Below are positions 1 through 11,995 of a stretch of 64,000 bases of DNA, one piece after another. Below the pieces are notes generated by a model. That model saw nothing but the letters and a program-made list of their open reading frames with translations. It made no database searches and was not told the DNA's origin. Positions within the stretch are counted from its first letter, which is position 1. Each line of letters starts with the position of its first letter. Source of the DNA: Antechinus flavipes (Eukaryota). The stretch covers positions 10,664,001 to 10,728,000 of the forward strand of contig NC_067404.1 in assembly GCF_016432865.1 (NCBI RefSeq), given 5' to 3'. The translations under genes were made by a program, and so were the position numbers.

Positions 1-635
1 CTTATGGGCTTTGGTGGAGGCAGTTTCCTCTCTGGGAGCTCCTCATACCAATGAGACCACACATGTGGCCAGGCTAAAAACAAAGAGAACATGGAATAAT
101 AAATTCTACTTCTCTATTTTGACATAAGGTATCCAAAGGGTTTTCCTCAGTACAACCTTGTGAGCTAGGTAGTGACGCTAGAGCATTATCCACTTGCATG
201 TTAGAGGCAGAGTTGAGAGAGGTTCCATTAGATTGTAAGCTCCCCGAAGGCAGGAAGAGTCTTTTGTCTCTCTCCAGCTCTTAGCACACTTCCCGGCATC
301 CAGTCTAAGGTCCATTCGAACACTGATTTGAGGTCTGTGACCCAGTTCTTCCCCCAAAGTTGACGGGTGTTCCTCACGGGTCTCCCGTTGGCCCCCAAGT
401 AGGCCAGAAAGTGTTCGTAGCATTGGTTCGGCTACTAATATCCTGATACCCACCAGAAGCTGGGAGTGGGCCCCAGTAGAAGGCCCGGTAGGGCTAGACT
501 TAATCCCCGGTTAAAAATGGGATGGGATGAGGGATGTTATTTATAGGTCTGGGGTGAGATGCATGCCCCTGGGAGCTGGCAGGCCCCACCACCATCGCCA
601 TTACCATCACCGTCAGCTTAACAGCTTGCTCTCAC

Positions 636-841
636 CTTAAGGATATAAGTGGCTCCCACGTAGCAGCTTCCCTTCTCGAGGTCCCAGCCAGACACCCTTG
701 GCTAAAAATAATCCTGGGGAGGATGCTGACATCAGAACCCTCTTTGGGAAGCCAGCTTCTATCAGCTCCTCCTTTCCGGGGCCCGCTCCAACTGGGTGGG
801 TAGATAAGTGCCCGCAACTGGCCAGTGTGGATGATTCAAGC
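636..841 (-). other. Candidate exon of minus-strand transcript
   Basis: Acceptor ctctctaatagcacag| and donor AAG|gtgaga, in unique non-repeat sequence. Confidence 0.2.
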
Positions 842-1379
842 CTGTGCTATTAGAGAGATGATTTCCTTATTATTAGCCATAATTATATAATCGACAGTTA
901 TCGTGTCGTTCTATGAATCCTGTGTATGATAAAATGATGGTGTCGAGAGGTGTTTCTGTAGCCCTGTGAGATCCACAATATTTTCTCCATCTGGAAGATG
1001 TAGCACAGTCACAGACCCTAAGAGCCAGAAAGGGCCGCAGAAGCAATGTTCCCTATCACATCCCTGACCGGTGCCCGCAGCCCCTTCAGCTTGGGGCTGA
1101 TGTTCATCCCAAAGGTTTTCCACCCATGGAACAAAAATTTGCTTCCCCATAATTTCCACTGGCGGCCTCCTATTCTGCCCCAGGGGGCCACGCAGAACAA
1201 AATCACATCCCCCATCCACTTCCAGTGCTTCAAGTCATAGCATGCTTTCTCTTCCCCTCCACCTCCACCGCATGTGCCGTGGCATCCGCAAGAGCACCCA
1301 GTGCTCCGGATGAGGTCCAAGCCCAGGACCAAGAATTGAGGGAGTTTCATTGTTATATTCCTAGAAGCAAGCTCTGATC

Positions 1380-2260
1380 TTCCCAGTGTAACCAGAGCTC
1401 ACATTAGCTTTTGCTGCTGCCACATCTCATTGTTGTCTCCTGTGGAGCTTGCAATCCACTAAGAACCTCAGATTTTTTTCAGATCAATCATGTCTCTCTC
1501 ACATTGTGCCTCTGACATCATTTTCTTTTCTTTTTTTTTTTTTTTAATAACTTTTTATTGACAGAACCCATGCCGGGGTAATTTTTTACAACATTATCCC
1601 TTACACTCACTTCTGTTCCGACTTTTCCCCTCCCTCCCTCCACCCCCTCCCCCTGATGGCAAGCAGTCCTTTACATGTTAAATAGGTTACAGTATATCCT
1701 AGATACAATATATGTTTGCAAAACCGAACAGTTCTCTTGTTGCACAGGGAGAATTGGATTCAGAAGGTAGAAATAACCCGGGAAGAAAACAAAAATGCAA
1801 ACAGTTTACATTCATTTCCCAGTGTTGTTTCTTTGGGTGTAGCTGCTTCTGTCCATCCTTGATCAATTGAAACTGAATGAGCTCTCTTTATCGAAGAGAT
1901 CCACTTCCATCAGAATACCTCCTCAAACAGTATCGTTGTGGAGGTATATAATGATCTCCTGGTTCTGCTCATTTCACTTAGCATCAGTTCATGTAACTGA
2001 CGCCATTTTCTTGAACCCAAATGTGATGCTTTGCTTGGACCCCCCATTGTTTCATTTCATTTGATTCAGCCCAGTTTCCTGGCCTGTCCAACTCCCTCTG
2101 AATCCCTGCCTCTCTTTCCCATCTTTGTCAGCTGCCATTTGGATGAGGCTGCCAGCTCAGCCAGGCCTTTATTTCAAGCATGGCTGACAATGTTAAATAG
2201 CTCAGGGTCCAGCACTCGTTCTTGGGATATTCCATCGGATACCTTCTTCTAAGCTGATAC
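1380..2260 (-). mobile_element. CR1/L3 LINE relic, split by an L1 insertion
   Basis: Segments such as 'gagctcacattagcttttgctgctgccacatctcattgttg...gagcttgcaatccactaagaacctcag' and 'ttcttgaacccaaatgtg...tgacaatgttaaatagctcagggtccagcac' resemble reverse-strand L3/CR1. The sequence resumes on the far side of the L1. Confidence 0.7.
1528..1996 (-). mobile_element. 5'-truncated L1 (3' UTR) with 16-bp TSD
   Basis: Poly-T followed by a reverse L1 3' UTR. TSD is ctgacatcattttctt (1512-1527) / ctgacgccattttctt (1997-2012), 2 mismatches. Confidence 0.9.
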
Positions 2261-2947
2261 TGAACTTCTAACGGCCCCTCGTCGAGATCGTCCATGCGTG
2301 CAGCTCAGAGCCCACTCACTGGGGCACATCTAGCCTCTGTCCCCCATCTTTTCCACAAGAATAGTGTGAGATACTTTATCAAAAGCTTGGCGAAGGTCTG
2401 GGAAATTATGACTGCTTTATACCAGCAATCTGCTGGTACAGTCGACACGTGAACGGGAGTGACTTGTGGTTTTCCAGCGTCTCTTTGAAGACGTGGCCGG
2501 GCCCCGGGCTTGGTGTCAGGAAATCGGGGGTAAATGATTGGACCAGATGACCTGTGGGGTTCTCTTCCAACCTGAACTCTAGGATTTTGTGACCTATGGT
2601 CAAAGTCTAAGTACAAATCTTTTCATCTGGGACAAAAACAGTTTCCTAGTTCTCTGGGCCTTCTCTCGTCCCCAGAGAGATGGAGTAGCAGCAGCAGAGG
2701 AGCAGGTTAGATGGGGAAGCACTGTGGGGTCCTCGAGCTTCTTCAGATAGATGGGCCAAGCATCCTTGACAAGGGGGAGGGGGCGCTTCTGTGAGACCTC
2801 ATTTTTCCTAAGGAGTGAGAGTCCTAGAGAGCCACGGGTACCTTGAGCAGGGGATCCAGGCTTCTTTCAAGAAGGGGAACTGCTCCCCTCTACCAGGAAT
2901 TTTGCTTGAGTAGGCAGGGACGTGACCTAGATCACCTCTTTTCTTAC

Positions 2948-2978
2948 CCTCCCCTCCTGCTCTGAAAATAAGGCTATT
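2948..2978 (-). other. Candidate 31-nt exon
   Basis: Acceptor ttacccacccctcgctccag| and donor AGG|gtaaga. Confidence 0.2.
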
Positions 2979-3489
2979 CTGGAGCGAGGGGTGGGTAAGA
3001 TGCCAGCCTGAGGCACCTTAGACCCAGAAATTCAGGGACCAAGGAAGCATGGCCTCCCGGGTGTCCACTCTTAGGGTCCAGCCCGCTCTGGTGACCTCTG
3101 TCCCACCCACCTCCCAGCCTTCCAGGCTCAGAATGTCCTGACGTACAAAGCACGGCACGCTCCGTGCTGGGTTTTCTGAGATCATCCTTCCTACGAATGC
3201 CTTTTTTTTTTTTTTTCTGAGGGCAGTTATGTGGGCAGTACAGCCTGTACTCAACCAGGAATGTACTCCAAGATGGGGGGCCCAAGAAGATGACGAATCC
3301 ATCCCAGAGGACACAAGGCTGGGATGCTCGGCCGACGGCTTCAGTTGAGCAGGCGGGAGATAACCGAGGCCGTTCTCCCTCCAGAATGTCTCACGCCCCA
3401 GAGAGTGGGGCCCCAAGGGAGGAGAGAAGAGAAGGGGGAGGAACAGTTTGGACAGGGGAAATGATGGGATGCTAAAGAGGTAGTGTAGT

Positions 3490-3690
3490 GCAGCGGCTAG
3501 AGAAGTGGCCTTCCTTCAAGAAAGGCTGGGCTTCCACGTTTGCCTTGAGCACCTCCTGGCTAGCTGACCCTGGGCACAGCGCTAAGTCTCTCAAGGTCCT
3601 AGGCAAGCTTTTGAAAGCAGAAGTTGCAGGGAAGGGACTCATCTGTATTGGTGGAAAGAGTTCCCTATACAAATGAAATCACAAGTTGGG
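3490..3690 (+). mobile_element. CORE-SINE (Mar3-like tail)
   Basis: Core plus the tail 'ctcatctgtattggtggaaagagttccctatacaaatgaaatcacaag'. The same tail appears at about 20-65 and, degenerate, at 14690-14880. Confidence 0.6.
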
Positions 3691-4053
3691 TTGTCATCCT
3701 ATGTAGCGCGTATTATGGGCCGGGCAGTATGCTAAGTTCTTCACAAATTTCATTTCATGGGGTCTTCACGACAGTGCTGAAAGGCCTGTATTTTCTGTTT
3801 TACAGATAAGAAAACTGAGGCAAATGAGATTAAATGACTTGCTTAGGGTCACACAACTAGTTTAATGTGTCAAGAGGTAGGATTTGAACTCAGGTCTTTC
3901 TGACTGCAGGCCTAGTACTCTGTGCACTGCTGCCCCCTAGTCACCTGCAAGAATGGCTCATACTTTTTTAGTGTTTCAAGGTTTCCAGGGTAATTTCTGC
4001 CCAAAGATGTAGGGGGAGGGTGGAGTTACTTCTCTCAGAGAGAAGTAACTTAC

Positions 4054-4102
4054 CTGTGGTTACACAAGTCATGTCACTGTTCTCACTCCCATCACATCAG
4101 TG
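4054..4102 (-). other. Candidate 49-nt exon with stops in all three frames
   Basis: Acceptor ctctaagttctctgcctttag| and perfect donor CAG|gtaagt. Confidence 0.3.
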
Positions 4103-4524
4103 CTAAAGGCAGAGAACTTAGAGATCGCTGGGGCCCGGTCCTCATTTTTACAGTTGAAAAAACCCACCGAGAGGTTAAATAATTCGCTCCGAGTCGAAGG
4201 TGCGATTGAAAATCAGCTCTGCCATTCCGAGTCTGATGTGCCATCGTGTGTGTCCCCCGAGGCACTTCCTTGGCGGCCTGGTGATCGAGCAGGATGACTG
4301 CTAACCCAGGAGGGGCGGGAGCCTCCCAGCTGGCCAACCGTGTGTGACCACAGGCCTGTCCTTTAACCCTGGGAGCCACATTTTTAGTATCAATGCCTGG
4401 CTCTTGGGAAGTTCCAGCTATGAGCTTCTCACTGGCTTTTTAGTTCCCTCCTGCCGGCCCAGAGGTGGCCCTTTCTTTTCATGTTATTCCTCGGCACTCA
4501 ATCTCGGGCTGTCGACAGACTCAC

Positions 4525-4548
4525 CGGACTCCTGATGCCAGAAGACCG
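4525..4548 (-). other. Candidate 24-nt exon
   Basis: Acceptor cccacatccccag| and donor CCG|gtgagt; length is a multiple of 3. Confidence 0.25.
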
Positions 4549-6179
4549 CTGGGGATGTGGGATGTCACTGTCCTCTCTCTTGGCCTTCATTCCATCATGT
4601 GAATTCCCTTCTAGGTGTGACATTCTGTGTCTTTACTAACAGAAGCGTGCTTCCTTAATGAAGAAAGCACTGGACTGGGCAGGAGGCCAGATCCACCATG
4701 GTGCCTAGTCCAGTGTGCCATGGCACGTAAGGCCTCAATAAATACAAATGTGGAAATAGGTTTAAAACGATTGTACGTGTATAACCTGTATCAGCTAACT
4801 TGCTGTCCTGGGGAGGGAGGAAGTAACGGAGGTGGAGAGAAAAATCTGGAACTCCAAATCTTACAAAAATCAACGTTGAAAACTATCTTTACGTGTAATC
4901 GAAAAAATAAAATATGATTGAGAAAAGAAACAAATGAATACTTGCTGATGGTTTGGTTGAAGACCCGGCTCGGCTACTTCATAACCCCAACCTGCCTCTG
5001 CAGATTTCTTCCTATTTACTTCCTTTCTTGTGCTCTCCGAGCCAGCCACACAGGCCCGCGTGCCGTTCCCCACTCATGACGTCCCACTTCCCTCTCCGGA
5101 TTTCCACTTTGGCCGCCCCAGTCCTACGAAACCCATCTCCCTTATCTGCCTTTCTTCAAAGCTCCTCTCCAGCTCCCTTCCCACGGGAGCCACTCTATCC
5201 CGGCCTCCCAACTGCTCAGACCTCCCTTACTAAATCGCTTTGTATTTATGGCCATATCTCCCTGGTTGTATGTGATTGTTTATGAACGCGTCTCCCGGCT
5301 AGAACGGAAGCTTCCCGAGGGTGGAAACTGTTCTGTTTCGGTGCTGCGTGTATGTAAATACACATAATACTTTACATAGTATGTGTTGAGTAAATGCTTC
5401 CCGTTGATTGAAGTCAAAAGGCCTAGCGGTGGAATCCCAGCGGTAACCCCGGTCCCACAGTTCGGCCTTCATCTCCTCCCCGGCCGGACTAGCCTCCGAG
5501 GTCCCTTCCCGCTATCGTTCTGGATTCGGCGAGTTCCCTGCACCTCAGCCGAGCGAGTTGGACTAGATTTCCCCAAACAAACAATTTCTCTGCTTTGTCC
5601 CCACAGCAGGTACAGTCCTGAACTCCAAGACCCTTGAAGTCCAGAGGGAAAAACGAAAGAAGAGACAGCACTGGAAGCCTCTAAAACCAGGGGCCGAACA
5701 AGTACTCGTTAACAAAGTAAGGACTTACTTCTTGTTCCTCTGGGGGCCCCGGCGGGCGGGTGGCATTTAACGTCTCAAGGCTTTTCTCTTGCTGGCCACA
5801 TTTTAAGCGCCAGCCCTTCCGGCATTAGAAGTAGAGGTGATTTTTAAAATGGCTTTCTGAGTTATTATATGGAGAGCATTAACCTTTGGGGCTTTTTTTT
5901 TTCTCTGAAATGAATTTCTCTGAGAGACAAATCTGAGTCCTTTTATGGACCCCCACCGCCCACTCCTGCCCTTGACTTTGGCTGCCTTCCCCAAGCAGAT
6001 GGGGAAACTGTGAGATTTCAAGCCCGAGGTTATTTGGCCGGTTTTTAGGAACATCCCGCGGGCTCCTGGCTCTCTTCAGAACTCCCGGGTGATATATTTA
6101 CGGGCCCGTCTCTTAGGGAAATATCAAGGCAAGCTGGGAGTTCCGAGGGTGAGCGTTAGCAGGACCGTGTGCTTGCCAG

Positions 6180-6520
6180 TGTGTGTGTGTGTGTGTGTGT
6201 GGACCCGTGCGTGTGGTCTTTCATATGGCTGTCCGTGCGTACGTATTTATGTATCTGTTGTGGAGTTTTGTATGTTCAAGTATCCTAATGCGCACACGTC
6301 TCTGTCCGTTGTCTCGGACGACACGGGGGGAAGCTCTGTAGCCAGGTGGAAAGAGAAAGAAGTTTCCCTAGAGACCGAAGAGCTGCATTTTGATCTTGCT
6401 GCACCATCATGAGTATGAATGACTTCATCTCCCCGGGACTTTTCATATGTTCAGTGAGCATTCTGGACTAGCTGGCTTATGAAGACCCTCCCTTCCAGCT
6501 CTCTATGTCAGAGCCTCTGG

Positions 6521-6558
<38 letters not shown>

Positions 6559-6760
6559 CCTTCTACATGCTATATCGATGTGTGCCTGTATCCATCTGTG
6601 TGTGTATTCATGTTCTCTGTGTACATGTGAGAGCATTTGTACATGTAGACCCTGCGGTGTATAGATTTGTTGGAAAATATCCACCTAAAATCCTTAGAAA
6701 TATGCACGTGGACGTATGTGCTTGCATGGGTACACGTATGTTAGAAAATACAAGCTCCAA
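6180..6760. repeat. (TG)n microsatellites in a degenerate purine-pyrimidine alternating region
   Basis: (GT)n at about 6180-6200 and 6522-6556, with TG/TA/CA-rich flanks. Confidence 0.9.
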
Positions 6761-7392
6761 GTCCTTAGAAATGACTGGCTGAAAAAGCAGTGCTCAGACA
6801 GACAATAGTCTCCCTCGGACTGCTCTGCACAAAGGACTGGGACCGCTCTGTTCCCTCGGAGCCAAAGGGCAAGAACACTCAGGCCCACTTTGTCTCCAGA
6901 TTTCACGTAAGCTGCTTTCTCCGCGTCTGTCCTCCTCGACCTCAGAACTGTCAGGCTGCCTCAACTTCAGAAAATTACCGTATGTACTTGAAAACAGCAT
7001 TAAGTCATAGGAGGTTTGAAGTTATCTTGGAAAGACAGAGACTCGGTGACCTGACAAGCAGGGCAAATCTGAGGGGAGCTCGGGAGTTTGAAAGCACGGG
7101 CGGATTTCTTAGCGTCTACTAGATCAAATGCTCGTACCGGACAAAAGGGGAGGTTGAGGCCCACACAGATGAAGCTACTTGTCTGAGTCTCTGCGTTAGA
7201 ATTTCAGAATTCAGAGCCGGGTTCCCAGATTTCCCTGCTCTTTTCTTTTATAATGCACCAAAGGCACCAGACCTCTGAACCGGCTTAAGATGAGCAGAAA
7301 AAGTGGGAGGATCCAGAAACCTTGAGCACCCAGCCCTGGTTCCCGGGCCCCGGGCCCTCGTTCCGGGAGAGCGGCCAGCAGCCAAAGCTTAC

Positions 7393-7569
7393 TTTCCTCC
7401 GAGATGTCTCAGATACTTCCTGAGATGCTGATTTGGAGGCGTCTCCCTCTCTCGGGGCCTCCTGGGGCTGGTTGATCTCTTAAGATTCCTTCCATGTCCA
7501 AATGCTCCCCTCTCCCAGCTTTGCCGGATTCCTTCGGTAAACAGAGGCCAGGAAGCCGATTTCGATGAG
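7393..7569 (-). CDS. Candidate coding exon, unrecognised product (SSKSASWPLFTEGIRQSWERG...NQHLRKYLRHLGG); alternative acceptor at 7606
   Basis: Acceptor atttcccttcaacag| and donor AAA|gtaagc. It is 177 nt, open throughout and phase 2-2, compatible with the exon at 9581-9717. A second strong acceptor (ttctgctattcctctattccacttcag|) starts the exon at 7606. Confidence 0.3.
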
Positions 7570-7869
7570 CTGTTGAAGGGAAATCTCCCCGATGATTAGA
7601 CCTGGCCTGAAGTGGAATAGAGGAATAGCAGAAGGTAGATCGGCACATGCTAGGGATACTGGCAAGAGCGTTCTTGGCTTAATGCCTTCTCCCCTCAGAG
7701 GGTTGGTTGAACCTCTGCCAAGTTGCAGGGCATCGCCAGGGGGTGGCACTGTGGGGAAATCTCAGTCATTCTACAGATGACTCGGGAGCTGAGGCTCCTC
7801 TGGGCCTGAGAAGTTACCGATATGTTCAGGGACACATAGTCAGGACTCGAATCCAAAGCTGCTGTGATG

Positions 7870-8115
7870 CTTAAACTTTTGCTGTTGTTTAGTCCTTCTA
7901 GTCACGTCCGACTCTTTGTGTCATCATTTGGGGTTTTCTCGGCAGAGATACTGAAGTGGTTCTCCAGCTCATTGTACAGATGAGGAAACTGAGGCAAGCA
8001 GGATGAAATGACTTGCCAGAGTTCTATACGGTCAGCAAGCGTGTGAGGCTGGATTGGAACTCCTCTTCCTGAGCCCAGACCCAACGCTCTATCCACCGCA
8101 GTGCCACCTAGTTGC
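7870..8115 (-). mobile_element. MAR1-like CORE-SINE (RTE-type tail)
   Basis: Reverse element 'gttgtttagtcc...gtccgactctttgtg...ggggttttctcggcagagatactgaagtgg...acagatgaggaaactgaggc...ccacctag'. Further copies lie near 25940-26165, 26620-26830, 33270-33475, 37330-37530, 47030-47250 (+) and 55361-55590. Confidence 0.75.
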
Positions 8116-8456
8116 CCTAGATGCCTAAACTAGCAAGTATAGAAATGAGATGTGGCAGTGTTCTTGATGCCAGTGAAAAGAGAGCCGTGGAGTCTGGTGA
8201 GGAAGGGTTGTTATTAAGAGGGGTGGCAGGAATCACCGAAGGCTTCCTAAAGGAGATGGCATTTGAGCCGGGCTTTAAAGGGTGGGATCAAAAGCTGCAA
8301 GGGACCTCAGAGACCATCTAATCCAACCCCCTCAGAGGAAACTGAGGCCCGCGGATGGCATAGGATCCTCATACGGAAAAAGATCTCAGAGGTCTAGTCT
8401 AGCTTACTTTAAAGAGGGGGAAGTTGAGTCTCATGGAGTTGAAAAAGTATGTGCAA

Positions 8457-8623
8457 GGGAGAGCTAGGTGGCTCAGTGGATAGAGCACCAGCCCTGAAAT
8501 CAGGAGGACCTGAGTTAAAATCTGGTCTCAGACACTTAACAATTCCTAGCTGTGTGACCCTGGGCAAGTCACTTAACCCCGATTACCTCAACAAAAAAAA
8601 GAAAGAAAGAAAGAAAAAAAAAA
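8457..8623 (+). mobile_element. tRNA-derived short SINE (WSINE1/SINE1-like)
   Basis: A-box tggctcagtgg, B-box-like gagttaaaatc, core gctgtgtgaccctgggcaagtcacttaacc and an A-rich tail. Confidence 0.85.
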
Positions 8624-9580
8624 GTTTGCCCAAGACCACACAGAGCATCCTAAATATAGTGCTAAAAAGAGACCATAGAAGCCATTGGGTCCAATCTATG
8701 CATGTTACAGATAAAATCACTCGGGTATTAAGAGATAAGTGACTTAGCCAGGGTCCTACAGCTAGGAAAGGTCTAAGGCAGGAAGTGAACCCTCGTGTTC
8801 CTGACCTCTTAAGGTCTGCCTTGTCGTCACCATAATGTAGACAACTTCAGGCCTGTGACCCTCCTGGATCCTCGTGATGCCCCCAGCAAGAGGAAGGGCA
8901 AATAGAATATCAGAGGGACAAACAGCTTCCCATAAGTCCAGAACATTATCAATGATATTCCAAGAGATTGTCCCCGCCTCGTCCGGTCCCTCGGGAGTCG
9001 CAGAAATGTATCTGTGTGTCGGGGGCCTCTCCCCGGCTTTCCCTCCTGAGAAGTATGGAAGCCAGCCCCCCCATCCCCGATCCAAAACCAACTCAAACTC
9101 GCTCCCGCCCCCCCAGGAAGTTAAATTTAGCCCGGCTTCTTTCTTCTCTGCTGCTAGGCTGAGAAAATATTTTTAAAAACTAATTCATTAATTACTTGAT
9201 AACTGTAGAGTGCTTGAGAGGAGTGGGGGAGGGAGGTTGAAATTCTAAATCGGGCCCTAAGCCACTGATTGAGCATGTGACTTTTGCGGGCCCTTTTGGG
9301 ACGGGCCCTTTTGGGACGGGTCGGCCGGAGGGGGACTCGGCATTGACATCGTGCCCCTTCCGGGAGGATTTTAGCTTTTCCCAGCTCCTCCATTCTCTCA
9401 ACCTCCCCCAACTCCATGAGTGACCTTGGGGACAGATGAGCCACTCTGCTCTCCTCATGTAGAAGGAGGCGTCTGACCTCCAAGAAGTGCCCGAATCCTG
9501 GAGATTTGCCAGGTGGGGGGTTAGAGACTTAGTCTGGATTTCCCAAAGACCAAATTAAAACCCTTCCTAGTCACTTTTAC

Positions 9581-9717
9581 CTAAGTGACATAGGCTCCGC
9601 TGGGTAATGGTCCCCATTCCCGGAGATCTTTAAGCAGAAACCGGCTGCTCCCAGCCCAGCACCATTGGAGAGGGCGTTCTCGAGCAGGCGCAGTTCTGGC
9701 TCCAACTCATACGCCAT
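9581..9717 (-). CDS. Candidate first coding exon (MAYELEPELRLLENALSNGAGLGAAGFCLKISGNGDHYPAEPMSL), exon 9581-9751; no recognised homologue
   Basis: ATG in strong Kozak context (accatcATGG), upstream acceptor cttcctctcggtactgacag| and donor TAG|gtaaaa. Contains 45 codons plus 2 nt. Confidence 0.35.
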
Positions 9718-11995
9718 GATGGTGCGGTTTGGTTGAGTTTGGGGTTTTTTTCTGTCAGTACCGAGAGGAAGCATGATAGAGTGGATAGACTATTAGGCCG
9801 GGAGTTGGCGATACTAGTTCGAATCCAGCCTCGGGCATTTCCTAGCTTTGTGACCTTGGGCAAATCAATTCATCTCTGTCTGCCTCGGTTTCCTTATCTG
9901 TAAAATGAGGATTTGCCCTTCCTGATCTAGAATTCTATGGACTTGAGGGTTTCAAATCACGTCTTGAGAGAGTGAGAAAATTCAGCTTTGAGGCAGATTT
10001 CTCTACCTATAAAAATAGCCTCTCCAAAGGGCTGATGCCATGGGGTGAGGGTGGGTGTCGCTGAACCTCTGTATTTGAGGGAGCGGTGGCTTGTCTTGGG
10101 GGTGTGAGGATTGGCAACTCTTTACAGAATAGGAAACTGAAGCTTACGGGAAGTGACTTGTTCAGGGTTACGCTCATGTAACTACGGTGAAAATCTCATC
10201 ATCCATGGGGGTACGGCGCTGCTTTGATTCAAGAGACAGTTCAAGGGAAGCAGCCTAGTAAACATGCCCTCCAATAGTTTAGGTTCCAGTCCAAGCTCTA
10301 TCATTTCTGGTCTATGTGACCCTAGACCTTCAGCCTCAGTTTCCCCTTCTATAGAATGGATCTGAGGTCCCTTTTGGTTCTAGATCCATGCCAGGTGATG
10401 GAATCCGTGGTTTGGGGAAAGGGGAGGGGGAATTCATCTTCTGTGGCCCAATCGCTCTGAACTCGTTTCCTCATTTATTAAAGAGGGATGATGATAAGAA
10501 TATTTGGAGCACCGCATGTACACCGGTGCGGGCGTGTCAGGAGCCTTAAATGAAGATTATGGATATCGACTGGGCTATAAACCCTTGAAGCCGTGACTGG
10601 CCTTCGTCAGAGTAAATAATAATGGCTGATCTCCTGCAGAGGGGGAAACTGAGGCCCATGGTTTCAAAGCATCACCTTGCTCATCCTGAGTCAGAGCTGT
10701 CCCCCTCCCTGAAGCAGAGGGGGTTTTAGACATCTGGAAAGCACTGGCACAGAGAAAGTGTTTAATAAATGCTTATTCCCTTTCCATATTGAGTGGGGAG
10801 GGATGTGGAATATGGAGGGAAGGAGTCGGTCATCTTCCCGGCCTCCTGAAATGCTGCTCGAGTCACTCCGGCGATGCCGGCGGAGGAGCGTGTTGGCAGG
10901 GGTGGCCCGGGGCAAGCTGGGGTCTTCAGCCGTACCTCGGCACTGGGCGGCTCAGCCTCGAGCCTCGCTCTGAATTTGGAAGCGGGGGTCCGGGTTCGAG
11001 TCCTGGCTCTGCCTCTCTCTAACCGTGTGAGATTGGGCCAGGCTTCTCTCCTGGGCCTCACTTTTCTTTTCTGAAAAATGAAGTATTTTGATCATCACTA
11101 GGGTCTCTTCCAGCCTTTAAATCTCTGGTCCTATCAATCAATGAGTTGGGGGAGAAGTGTGATAGAAAGAGCCTGGATGGTGGAGTCCAAGTTTCAGATC
11201 CCATGTGACCTGAGAATGTTCTTTCCCCTCCCTGGGCCTGTTTCCTCCAGACTCCCGAGTCTGGATTGGACCCTTCCAGGTCTAGCCCTAGTATCTTTTG
11301 GTCACTCTGGTTCAGGAGACACGATTAAGCACCTTCTGTGTGTCGGAGGGTGCCGCGCTGCCGTGGCAAAGAGAGGGGAGGAGCCTGAAGTTGGTTCGGG
11401 TGCCCACGTCCCCGGATCCCACTCCTTAGGACCTCATGTGAGCGAGGCTGCTCGCCATAGGCAGGGAGCTGGCCCCAGCTGAGGCCTTTGGGGTGGCCTC
11501 CGGCTCTCACTAACGGGCCCCTCCAGAGCAGGAACCCAGAGGTCCTGAGAAGCTTGGGAAGCCCTTCAGGTGGGAGGGAGGGGGGCCGGTAGCAGCCAAA
11601 GCTTCTGGTCCTTTGCTGGCCCCTGGCTGAAATTCCTGGAAATTCTCAGCCGCCTCATGGCCTAATTATGGCTTGCAGCTGTTGACAGGTGTGCGTGACG
11701 GCCACGACTTGGCAGGGGGACGGCCTCCACTGGTTTCAGTGACTGGGCTGTCTATTGGGGGGGGGGGGGCAGGGAGAGAAACGGGAAGCAGGCCGGAGGA
11801 CTTGAGTGCTTGGTGATAACTGTTCTTTCTGTGTTTCTGTGTCTTCCCTCCCCTCTCCTTTCCCCCAACCAAAGGCCTCTCTGCGCTCATTCTTTTCTTT
11901 TTCAATTTCTTAATCTTTCCAACCTTGTCTCTGGCTTAGTGGAATTGCTCATTTAACCATCTTTCTGGACTCTAAACCTCAATTCACTTTTTCTC

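Noticed and set aside
1018-1350. 110-aa Cys/Trp-rich minus-strand ORF (possible viral or novel gene)
   Set aside because: No recognisable motif, no true ATG and no convincing flanking splice sites. A tblastn or HMM search would be needed to revive it.
8457-8623. tRNA-like A/B boxes here and at 40901 and 63213
   Set aside because: These are SINE heads with CORE and A-tails, not tRNA genes; no cloverleaf.
8830-8900. VDNFRPVTLL resembling the LINE RT motif NYRPISLL
   Set aside because: The similarity does not extend on either side.
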